Assembly (NCBI GenBank): GCA_030704615.1
Contig: CM060733.1
Location: 36,394,001 to 36,458,000, forward strand
DNA length: 64,000 nucleotides
Origin: Takakia lepidozioides
Taxonomy: Eukaryota; Plantae; Bryophyta
Reading direction: 5' to 3'
Part shown: piece by piece, positions 37,801 to 49,654 of the stretch
Layout of the letters: each line of letters begins with the position of its first letter
Numbering within the stretch: the first letter of the stretch is position 1
The notes under the pieces: model-generated
Seen by the model: the letters and a program-made list of their open reading frames with translations, nothing else
Databases searched by the model: none
What the model was told of the DNA's origin: nothing
Translations under genes and position numbers: made by a program

Positions 37801-40800
37801 TTAAAATCCCTAAATCCCTCCAATTTCGTGATCCTGCTTCTGGCTTATGATTTGCTATAACCGATGTGACTGGATTTTAGATTTAATTTCCTTCCCTGGA
37901 TTTCCAGTTTCCACTTTCCACTCTAAGCATGTCCTTAGGATATGCCACATGTGACATGGATTTCGCTTTTCGGTACTTTTAAAGGGTTCCGTTACCCTTT
38001 CCTGCTATGCATTAATGGCCATAATAAGTTAATGTCCGGGGTAGGTACTTTGACGGCCAATTTTGTCTTCTCTTGATGAGAGTCGCCCTTGCAATCCATG
38101 TCCGGCTGTGTGTCTCCCCCCTCGCCCTTGCATCCACGTGTCCATTTTCTACACGTGCCTTCGCCACTTTTCCCGCTGGCCACTCTCCCTGATGTTAACC
38201 TACGTCCACCTGTCATGGATGCTATGGACTGTGTAACCTCAGTAAACTGTGTTGAGCTGTGACAGGCTGTGTCATGCTGTGGTATGTTGTGATAGGCTTT
38301 GTCATGTTGTGCTGGGCTGTGATAGGTTGTGTCGCGCCGTGATGGGTTTGTGATAGGCTGTGTTGCGCCGTGATGGGCTGTGATAGGCTGTGTCTCGCCG
38401 TGATGGGCTGTGATAGGCTGTATCCGCGCCGTGATGGGCTGTGATAGGCTATGTCGCGCCTGTACTGCCCGCCCTGGTCATATACGCTCGGCCTAGCGAC
38501 AAGTGCTCCATACTCTGTTAGTATCACTGGCGCAGCCCGTGACTGCTTTTGCGTTTCAACATGCAAATCATGCTGCATGGTTTGTCATGGATACCACTGT
38601 ACCCCTTTAACTTATTGGCATTGACTCTTCCCAGCATCTCTTTGTTAATGGTTTGTAACACGGCGGTGTTGTTATCATACATCTTCTGTATGACATAAGG
38701 TCCTTTCCATGGTGATTTAAGCTTAGAGCTTTAATCTTTCCCTTCTTCTGCAAAACCAGAGAACCAAATCTCCCGTCTTAAAAGTCTTTAACTTGCCTTC
38801 ATCAAACTGTTTCCTTTCTCTTCATCTGAATTTCTGGTCATGTTATCAGCTGCATCAGCACGTACTTCTTTCATATGTATAATTCATGTTTCCTGACCTT
38901 AATTTGAATCTTACAATTCCATTCTCTTTCCCCATTCCGTTCTCATGTAGATAACAGAATTCCATTGGAAGTAAAGCTTCCATACCATAAACTGATTGGA
39001 ATGGTGTATACTTAGTGGTGACTTTATATGAAGTCCTGTATGACCACAAAGTTGTCAGCAGCTTTGTATCCCAATCCGTTCTGTTTGCATTGACTATCTT
39101 AGCCAAGATAGTACATAGTATTTTGTTGGTAGCCTCTGCCTGCCCATTCCCACCCTATGGGTAATACGTTGTACTCTTCCTATGCACAATCATGAACTCT
39201 TTAGTCAATAGTTCAATGGTCTCATTAATGAAGTGACTTCCCTGATCACTGATAAATTCCAAGGGACAGCCAAATCGTGTAAGTATGTTCTCATACAGGA
39301 ACCTTGTTGTGGACTTGGCTGTGTTGTCCCTCAAGCTTTAGCTGCCACCCACTTCGTAGTATAATCAGTGGCTGTAATTATGTACCTGTTCTGTGTATTC
39401 TTGGCTGGTGGGTTAATTGGTCCACCAAAGTCTAGTCCCCATTTTTGAAATGGTTCCGTAGGCATTGTAGGATGCAAAGCCATCTTCCCAGATCTCTGCA
39501 AAGGTCCTAGCCTCTGTCCTACTGATTCATCACAACTCTGACAATACTTGTGTACATCTTTGAACAAAGTAGGCCACCAGTAACCTGCATGTCGTATATC
39601 TTCCTACTGGTAGTCTCTTCTCCAAAATGACCTCCTGCCACTTCCTTTATGAACTTCCTCCAAAACTTTATTAACTTCATGGTGGTATAAGCATCGCTTC
39701 AGCACTCCATCTGGTCCTAGCTTATACATTCTGCTCCCTACCATAGTGTAAGGTAGAGCCTTGATAGCAATTCTCTTTCTCTGCTCCTTTCCATAACTTG
39801 TGGGCACTGACCATGAGCAAGGTAGTATCTGATTGGTCGCTGCCAATCTAACCAGTCATCTGCACTTCCCTGCACCTCCACTGCAAATAGACTCGCATCT
39901 GGTAATTGATCATCTACTCCCGTGGCTGGTTCTCCTGTTGATAACCGTGACAAGTGATCCGCCACAAGATGCAGCCTCCCAGGCTTGTAAACAACCTCGA
40001 ACTCAAACTCGTGCAAGATTATCAACCATCTTGCTATTCTTCCGCTTATCAGAGGTTTGTTTACCAGGTATATCAGAGCCTGGTGATCCACATAGAACAT
40101 AAACTTCTTGCCCAACAGGTAATGCCCGAATTTCTTCACTGCATAGATCATTGCCAATGCTTCTCTTTCCGTTGTGCTATAATTTCTTTCGGCATTGTTC
40201 ATCAATCGGCTAGCATAGTACACAGGTGAATCTATCCTTCCTGTAACATTTTGGGCTAACACTGCTCCCAGTGCTTCTCCAGAAGCATCACAGTGAACAT
40301 GAAATATTTCCTGCCAGTGAGGATTAATCAGCACAAGTGTAGTTGTTACTGACAATGTAAGTTCCTCAAAAGCCTATTGACATTCAGTGTCCATGCAAAC
40401 ACTGCATCTTTCTTTCTTCAGAAGTTTGCTCAATGGTGCTGCTATCTGTGCATACCGTCTGACAAATCTTCTGTAATAGCTGGTTTGTCCCAAGAATCTC
40501 CTTAGACTCTTTGCATTTACTGGGGGTGGAGAGGCTTTAATGGCCTCTGTCTTTCTGGGATCCACAAGAAGTCCTTTCTTGCACACAATGTGTCCCAACA
40601 GCACCCCTGAGTTCACACAGAAAGTACACTTCTCTGGATTCGGGCCCAGACCTCTCATCCTGCATCTGGCCAGACATAACTCCAATTTATGCAAGTGCTC
40701 ATTCTTAGAGCTGTACACACTGAAATCATCCAAGAATACCTGCATGAAATCATCCAGATACTCATGAAAAGATTCACTTATCACTCTCTGAAAGGTTGCT

Positions 40801-41751
40801 AGTGCATTACAAAGTCCAAAGGGCATGATTTTGTACGCATAAGCACCCCAGTCTGTGATGAAAGCTGTCTTTCCCTGGTCTTCTTCTGCCACTTGCACTT
40901 GATAATAACCACTGAAACCATCCATGAATGAGTACATCTCATGGCCTGCCACAGTGTCCAATACTGCTTCTGTGAATGGCAAAGGGAAAGGATCTTTCTT
41001 CGTACAAGCATTCAGCTTCTTGTAGTTCACACAAACTCTTAGTTTACCATTCTTCTTGGGAACTATCACAATGGGTGACAACCAAGTTGTATACTCTATT
41101 GGGTATATAAACTTAGCCTCAGCCAACTTCTTGATCTCTTCTCCAACCTTCTGTGCATAGTTGGGATTCATTCTGTACCTTGCCTACTTGATTGATACTG
41201 ATCCTGGTTCCAGTTCAATCTTATGCTGACAGATTTCAGGTGGTATCCCTTTTACATCCTCATAGCTCCAAGCAAATTCATCTCTGTATTTGATGAACAA
41301 ACTCTTAGCTTCTTGAAAGAATTCTGGCTCCAAATCAGCTCCTACCTTCACCATCCTCAGTTCCTCTTCAGTTCCCACATTCACTCCCCTCACCTACTCA
41401 TCAGTTGTGATTGTCCAACCAGTCACCACTTCATCCTGTAAACTCACAGTGGCTGGTTCCTCTAGGATTTCCATTTCTCCTTCTCTTTCTTCATAGAAAT
41501 GTGATGGGTAACTGCTGGTTTCCTCTTCAATTGGTGTTGTGGACACTACACCACAGCAGATACCTCTTAAACAACTTAGGCCTTCCAGTCGCATCTCTGC
41601 AACCTGCTCCCATTCTGGGTGTGCAGCGAACAGGGTAGCTTCCTGCTCCTCATCCAGTCCTCCTCTCCAGTCATACTCTCTAACCCCTCGAGGTCTTCTT
41701 GTAGCAGGTAATCTACTAGATTTCTTAGTGGTAATTTGTATCTCGTGCATC
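34883..41751 (-). mobile_element. Internal fragment of the same Gypsy family (copy B, diverged subfamily): RT-RH-INT, 30-bp repeats (~38245-38460), 3' extra ORF
   Basis: ORFs 40374-41171 (RT, VFLDDF), 39738-40355 (RNase H) and 34949-37248 (3' ORF pieces). No LTR on either side; cut at 41751 by the CACTA element. Confidence 0.92.
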
Positions 41752-42971
41752 CACTACAACAAAAAGCGGCTTTTACGTCTCTGTGTTATGACTGCAAATG
41801 CAGTCATGGAAGCCATTTACGACTTCCTGACTCTGAAGACGTAAAGACCTAGTCAGTTGTGACATGGCAGATATGACTCTCCAGGCTGGCTGTCATGTGG
41901 CGCCAGAGCAGCTGTGGGGGTAGTCATACACGCTAGCATTACTGAATGACTGAACGGACAGTGTAGTCCATGTCAGCCGCGGTGTCAGACAGACACGTGG
42001 TGGCTACAGAACATGCCACGTGTCAGACTGCGACGCCAGCCCTCACTGCCAGCTATGACAGTGGACGAGGGAATTAAACGACAGCACGTGTCGCGTCATA
42101 GAAGAAACGCGTGGTGCGACATATCATTGCCACGTGTCACTGTGGGGGACGGGGCTTCGCAGTCACATGTATGTCTTCATGGGGGGAAATTTGGGGTCAA
42201 CACGTGGCAGCATCTGGGGACACCATATGCCACGTTCGTGTGTGCCCACGTGCTGGACTTTCGAGAGCTGTGGTGGATTCTTGCCAGTCATACCTACGAC
42301 TGGCGCAGTACGGTATATTCCATGAACAGGGGATTCCATGAGGACGTTGTAGTCCCAGGTGGTGCCACATGCACGATCCTCTAAACCTCACGTGCTGCTT
42401 CGTAATCATACATTTGACTGGACGTTCTGCATATGGAGTCATAGGACCAACTGCGCGGGGACCTTAGGGGGTCACGTGTCGGAATATAATATGCTCATAC
42501 ACGTATCATATTGGGTTCGGTACTCATGGTTATGGCTCTAGACGGACACGTGGATATGCCACAGAGGCAGCCAATAGGGTGCCACGTGCATGTGCCATAC
42601 AACATCACAATCATGTATACAGCAAGACTTTAGGCACAGAAGTGGCACAAAAGTGGCACAGACGTAATTCTGAAAGACCACAATAGCAGCAACATCACCA
42701 TCCAGCATCACCATTATCAACCACATATGAACAGCAGCAACATAACCAACCATAGTGTGTGCAATGGGGACATACCACCTACCACCACATTGCTCATTAA
42801 TGAGGCATAAGTTTGCAACAACATGCATGAGAAAATCCAACATGTGATTGCTATCAAAATTGGACAGTCAATTCAGAGAAACTGTCACTACTATAAGTTA
42901 CTGTAGTTGCCAAATCCGGATGAGGCACAGGTGGAAATCCCCAAGAAATCCACGATGCTAGCCGACCTGCC

Positions 42972-45900
42972 TCATCTCTTTGTCTGCAAGGTCTTCACTA
43001 GTTTGTCACTCCACACAGTAATGTAACCTACAGTGTCTCCCAACTCAGTGTGATGAGGCTTCATGGATTTGTTGTGATATGGTAGAGGGGCATTGGGAAT
43101 GCGGACATCATCAATGTGGATGGCCACATAGCCTTCTGGCACAACATGGTACCCTTCACTCACCTCCATCCCTTGGAGACCAGCAATGCGGCCAGATCCG
43201 GCTGTTGATCGCGAAACAGTGTCTATGAGCTTGACATGGTCTCCCACCACGAACTGCCATCCCAGCCCAAACATGGCAGATTGCATGAGAATTGTGGAAC
43301 ATGGATCGTGGAACGTATTGTGTCTACAAGGTCTACAAGGAGCTAATAACAATTTGTCTATCCAGGTCGGGAAGGGGAGAATAGCAGATGCATACACTTA
43401 CCCCATTCTGCGAATCAGGGATCAGTGGTGTCGGCTTCCTGAAAGGGTGAAGGTGTGCTGCCCTTTGATTTGGGGGGCCTCGTTCGTGGCCAAGCACCTA
43501 CAACCAACCAACAAGCACCAAAAATGTATATTATCTACACTGGGAACTCAAATTACACTAACACAATAAGATGCACCCAAACTGTCAATGCCTACAGTTG
43601 ACACTGCGACAGTAATTTGACAAACTCTATCACAACATGTTTTACTGCCACAACTTAAGCACAAATGAGGCTGGCAATGGCACAAGGGAGTCACACAAAA
43701 ATGCCTCTAATGTCTGGCACTGTGTACCACACTACAAAGTATGTTACCTGGCGAGGCTGAATGGCTCGAGGGCTGATAGCTTGTTGCCCAAATGTGGGTT
43801 GCCCTTTGAGATATTCTGGAATGCTCGGAGCCTTAGCTGCCCCCTCCAAGAAGGGCCATAAGCTGGTCAGAAGGAAATTATCATTGTGCGCCTCTACAGA
43901 ACGACTTCTCCAAGGCAGTGGGAAAATGGCGTTGTATGCTGGATTTTTTGACCCCTTGTGCGGTGTGTCGTCAACAAGAAGAGTGGTTTCAGGATTCCAG
44001 ACACAGTTGTCCCGCCACACTGTAGATAGGTTCTTCAGAAACCGTGGTTTCATGGGCAGGCTCCCATCCATGTCAGTGGACTGCTCACAATATCCCCCAT
44101 CCCACTTGAATGCAAGGTCACGGTGCCCATGGAAAAGCCAGTCCACTGTGGGTAGGAAGTTACGTGGTTGCATACAAGACCATGCTGCCACTTCAAAGTG
44201 TTCGAAACACTTGTCCAAAAAAGCTTTGCAACCAGGCCTTACAACGACCATCTTGCTACCACATAATTTGTGCTCAAGGCCATTTGGAACCACAAACGCA
44301 TTACCGCTCCCGACATGGACGCACTCACACAGCAATCCATTAATATCTAGGATGAGCAAATGCTTGCCCTTCTCCACTATTGTGTGCACGACATTCTCTG
44401 ACATTAATTGAAGGTTGGGAGTGGAAGTGACAACCGTGGGTTGCTGGGTAATATCTGCCCGCGGGGAAACAAGGTCAATGTCCAGGGTTGTCTCAGATGC
44501 CCCCACCGCGATAGCAGCAGGCCGGAGTTCTGCATGCGCCTCCACTACCGCACAGTGTGACAGAACTGCACGAGGACGCGTAAGTTCCTTGGTAGGGGTG
44601 TCGTCCCCTCCACCTGGGCCACCTGCACATCATCCTCGAATGCATCAACGGGAGTGACGTTACCTGGTGACATGCCAGGCAAGTCAAACCTGTCCTCCAG
44701 ACGTCTTGAGGCTGAAGGGCCAGCGATGCACGAGCTGTTTGCTATGGATGAGCCCACTAAGGCAGGTGAGGAAATGCTGATCCCAAATTTCTCAGCCATG
44801 GCCTTCTGGTACATCATCACATGCGATATTGTAGCCTTCAAATCCATCATATCTTTGTGTTGTGCACCCTGTGCTCTTTCCATATCCTCCACTTTGCGAG
44901 CAATTGCTGAATACCCAGAGGTCCCCTCTTGCCAGGTCCACGCAAGTCCATGAACAACATGAGAACATCATGTCGTTGGTAGGGAAAATGCCTAGAACAA
45001 AATAATCGACAAAAAATGGGAGAAAGAATGATCACGTGGATCTCACCATCCGCTCACTGGTCAATGTTCTGCTTACTGAACCTTCCTGGATTTCATGCAA
45101 CGATGGACTTTGGCCTCGCTCCTTTGCCTGCATTTGTCATGTACCAGCTCAGTATGCTAGCATGGTCAACCATGACGAGCGACATACCATTCTGTGACAA
45201 CAGTGATTGAACAGAGGTTTGTCAGACATACTGTTGGGATGCAACCAATATTGGTATCCCCGCGCCCACTAACCTAGTCACTATGTCTGCAGTAATACAT
45301 AGAGCTGAGTGACAAATGCAGCTAATGCAGAAGAGTAATCACCAGCATAACACTACCCTATGTTAATGACCACAAAAAGTCATGTTAACACTCACACTCA
45401 CTCTCACTATTGCAGTTTCAAATACTGCCCTGACATCATCATTGCACGACAACTCTGATCAGACCCTCCTCTATCCACACTTACAGATTGGTATGTAAAA
45501 TGAGGACCCCACCCACTTCACAACTTTGCCAGGTTCGGGTAATCCGGGTTTTCTAGTAATCCAATAATCCGGGTTTTCCAGATATCCTCTAGAAAACCCT
45601 TCACACAAGCATCAATTTGCTGTGTGTGATTTGCCCAAAAACTAGGCCTCAGGAAGGCCTGGGCTTTTGGCTCAGCCTCTCAACTTTCAAAGTTGGTGAA
45701 CAAGGGTACAGGCACAATTCCCTTGATTGAATTGAAGACAACGTCTCTTTGGTGAGAGAACCCTGGACAGTGTATCAGAAAATGAATACTGTCTTCAGAT
45801 TGCCCACACAATGGACAATTGCACTCTCCCTTTCCTCTCTGCTTCTGTTTGCTGTTCAAAGGTAGGCTTGCTTCCTGCCCTGAGTTTAAATTTCAGTCTA

Positions 45901-48400
45901 GTGCCGAGAGTGGTAGACCCTTGAGGTCATCCAAGATGTCCACCCCCATGTCACTGACTAGAAAGAAGTTCAGGGAAGTTCTCTGCCTAACTTCATTTCA
46001 TCAGACAATCTCATGGCAACAAACATGGCTTCAGACACTACACAGCCTCTAAGGCAGATTTATCCAGCAGGGTCAAGACTTGCGGATCCAGGTCCAGGTC
46101 CTTGAGAATCTTTTTCTCTCTCTTCTGCCAGGACTTAGCCTGTTTGACAGGGCGGTCCTGTTTCCAAGATATAGAGTCGATCAACTTAGGATATCTGGTG
46201 TTGGGCATATGTTGCAGCTGACCCCACCATCTGACCTTGAATTCATCTCGTCGGGAGCTTAAGGATGGAATGCCAAACTCACCCCGAACAACCACATTGG
46301 CTGTTTTGGAGCATGCTGACATACACTCCTTAAGCACCCCCACTTGAATGGATTCTAGAGACTTAGCCTGGTTGGAGCTATCAACCCATATAGCAGATCT
46401 GTACTCCAAGGCAGGTCCCCCCTTAAAGAAAAGCCTGCAAGCACCTTGCGACAAGGTGAATGAACACTTTAGTTCACTCCACAGGCAACACCCCTTCAAG
46501 AAAAACCTGATTGCCGAGGACATAATTTGGAGAATTCAATGACAAAGCCTGGTGGCACTTCGTACTTCCCTCCTAACATGGTGTAAAATGGGGGAAATGG
46601 ACACCCCATTATACATTGTACTCATAAGACGTTGTTTGCCGTAGCCTTCTGGCCATTGACCCCACGCCCAGTTTGAGCGGGAACAAAAGGAACAGAACCT
46701 ACCTCAGTCAGGGGTTTGACGTTGGTAGTAAGACTTACCTTCATATAAAGATTTAATCCGGGTTTTCCAGATATCCTCTAGAAAACCCTTCACACAAGCA
46801 TCAATCTGCTGGGTGTGATTTGCCCCAAAACTAGGCCTCAGGAGGGCCGCGGCTTTTGGCTCAGCCTCGAGAGTTTCAAAGTTGGTAAACAGGGGTACAG
46901 GCACAATTCCCTTGATTGAATTGAAGACAACGTCTCTTTGGTGAGAGAACCCCGGACAGTGTATCAGAAAATGAATATTGTCTTCAGATTGCCCACACTA
47001 CGGACAATTGCACTCTCCCTTTCCTCTCTGCTTCTGTTTGTTGTTCAAAGGTAGGCTTCCTGCCCTGAGTTTAAATTTCAGTCTACTTCCAACTTGTGGG
47101 TAGACCCTTGAGGTCATCCAAGATGTCCACCCCCATGTCACTGACTGGAAACAACTTCAGGGAAGTTCTCTGCCTAACTTCATTTTCATCAGACAATCTG
47201 ATGGCAACAGACATGCCTTCAGACACTACAGCCTCTAAGTCAGATTTATCCAGCTGGGTCAATACTTGCGGATCCAGGTCCAGGTCCTTGATAATCTTTT
47301 CTACTCTCTTCTGCCAGGACTTAGCATGTTTCACATTATAAACAACAATCAGCCAAGGCAAAGAGGGCAAAAAGGCTGGTGTGTGAACTTACAAGCCGAG
47401 CCTCAACAGATGCCTTCCCACCACGTCCTGTTTTTGAAGGCTTCTTGATTGATGAATTTGCAACCTTCATGAGGGCACTTTTTGCGTTGAATCCTGCTGT
47501 CTGCCAATACGATACCAGCCTGTCCCAATGAGCTTCCTTCAGATGCGCAGGCCTCCCCTCGCCTGCCTTGTACATTGCATGGATCTCGTGTCTTTGGGTT
47601 TTCAAGGCAATGCCAAGTGTCTTCCTCATGTGCTCATAGTCAAGACCACGTGGCGTGTACGCAAATGTAGAGTTTAGAATCCTATATATTTCTTCAATGA
47701 CAGATTCGTCCTGCGCTGCAATATGCATTGACATGTCACACAAACGCCACATCTGGCCTTTGAGGGCTGCATGCCAGGTATTGCGTGCTGGTCCAATGGG
47801 CTCTCCAGCTTTGTCAACCGGAAGCACTTGAGGGGGGAGTCCATCTTCGTCTCGCGCATCATGGTTTCGGATTGCCTCTGCCCTGGCACGCCTGTTCGCC
47901 CGCCTCAAAGCATTAGCTCGCTCCTTCTTGGTCATAGGGGTCTCTTCCTTTGCCACCTCAGGTGGTGGGGCAGCTGGGGGTTGCCATGGGGAATGGGGGG
48001 CGGGACAGTATCGCCCACCGTATGGCCCAAAAGGTTCGTATGGTGGACGTGTAGATGCCGGGTAAGCATGTGGGTCTAGGAGGTAAGGGGGAATAGGTGG
48101 AGGAGAATGGGCATATGGCTGCTGTGGGTAACCACCTGGAGGGGGCTTGTATTGGATGTGCGGGTTGTAAGGGCCCGCAACGCCATACTGATCGGGGGTG
48201 GGGTAGGCATGTGGGTAATGTGTGTACGGAGGGTACTGTGGAATAGGTCGTGGAGGTGGTCGTTCTGCGCTTGGGGCTTGTTTGTAGCAGGGTTGACTTG
48301 TTTGAACAACCCCCGCCCCGATGGACTGCCCACCACAGCTGCAGCGCCTTCGATGGAAGCTCGCCTCTTCCTGGCCTGCACAGAATAAAAACCAATTCAA
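42972..48400 (-). pseudogene. CACTA TnpA-like gene: Ptta/En/Spm-type domain, coiled coil, FCP1/NIF phosphatase-like domain, Tnp1-like C-terminal domain
   Basis: HWDRLVSYWQT..FNAKS..KTGRGG (47336-48400). LILDINGLL, RPGCKAFL..F.VAAWS and LLVDDTPHK..NP (43748-44545). VPEGY..I.ID.V..P..PLP..LGD.VG...VW (42972-43253). In-frame GT-AG exons; one frameshift near 44560. Confidence 0.75.
45540..47330 (-). mobile_element. Tandemly duplicated non-LTR retrotransposon 3' fragments inside a CACTA intron
   Basis: LEYRSAIW..LESIQ..VRGEFG..L..RR (LINE RT C-terminal region) and a CCHC knuckle. 45563-46140 is duplicated at 46755-47330. Confidence 0.75.
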
Positions 48401-49654
48401 ACATTAAAGTCAATCAAAGCATTCAAATGAAATCATGGCAACTTAGAACAAATTAACGCCGTGCACCTGCCATTTTAAAGCTTTGATTGTACTCATCCTC
48501 CTATGAGCAGGTCCTCATCCCCTCAGACTCATCAGGTGCCCCACACTTCTGTTTACCCATTCAGAAAAGTGGGGGCTGAGCCAAATCTACATGGCCAATT
48601 CCAAAGCCTACCTAGTGGGGAGACCTCAAAAACCATTGGCATGCTTGTATCAAAGCGTGCATACAAGTACTTGCATCAGTGGGTAGATGGACTCATTTGA
48701 ATGGACATTGCATTTTAGTTGTAAACAGAAACATCACTATGTATCAACCTCTTAGTAAGAGCCTTTGACTTTAACCCAAACTATGTACACGATGAAGATA
48801 TAGCAAAAGGGGTTGATTTCCTATCCCATTGTGGGGTTTCACTGCCTATATGCTCGGGCATCCCTTCCTTCCTACATCCCAATTTTTCTAGCAATGCCAT
48901 CTCCCCAATGTGAAATTCCCAAAGTGAGAACTTTCCAAATGTGATTGCATTCAAAGTTGTGCCACGTCCACTGCCAGATTTTCTGTGGCTTCCACCTTTC
49001 AACCTCTTCTGTGTGGGAAGTGCATTTACATCCTGGAATGCTAAGAAAGTCTCAGACACGTTCTGTACATTTGCATGCTTCCTTCATGGGTATGCTGAGC
49101 ATGTGAATGCATAGAAATGCTGAAGATGTGGCGTCATAGTGAGGAGGTGCTTACAGATGGTGATTTTGCCGGCGACGGGCGTTTCTGGGGAAGCGAGGGT
49201 GCAGGAGCTGGGTGGCGAAGAATATCTTCGCTAGAATCGCCAGTGTGCTCGCCCGCAGGGACACACAACAAATCCTCCTCCTCGTCTTCGTCTACATACT
49301 GTCGTGCCTCGTCGGCCATTGTTTCTAGCCTTCCACTGCGTCTGGGTGGTCCCGTGGGTAGTGGAGGTCGACGGCAAGCACGCTTTGGTTTCGGAGCAAG
49401 AAGCCTGCAATCCTCGCCCCATGAAGAAATTAACCAATCCCGCTCTCTTCATGGTGCGCCATGATAGTGTGGAGACAGGCGTCGCCTCACAACCATCATT
49501 CTGTGTACTTAGCAATGCAATCCCAACACTGGGAATGTAGAAAAACTCGTAAACCCAAAAGACAAGGATGCGGGCAATTTCAGGCTAAACCGTAGACCTC
49601 TCACATTTTTAAAAAAAAAACCCTAATGACAAGCCTGTCGTGCGCATACATATC

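Larger units (their letters stand above)
41752..49650 (-). mobile_element. CACTA (En/Spm) DNA transposon, left part
   Basis: Begins CACTACAACAAAAA exactly where Gypsy homology stops; subterminal TGAC/GTCA repeats; TnpA-like gene. Confidence 0.85.

Noticed and set aside
49611-49628. Telomere repeat AAACCCTAA
   Set aside because: Single unit only; at most a telo-box near the CACTA gene promoter.
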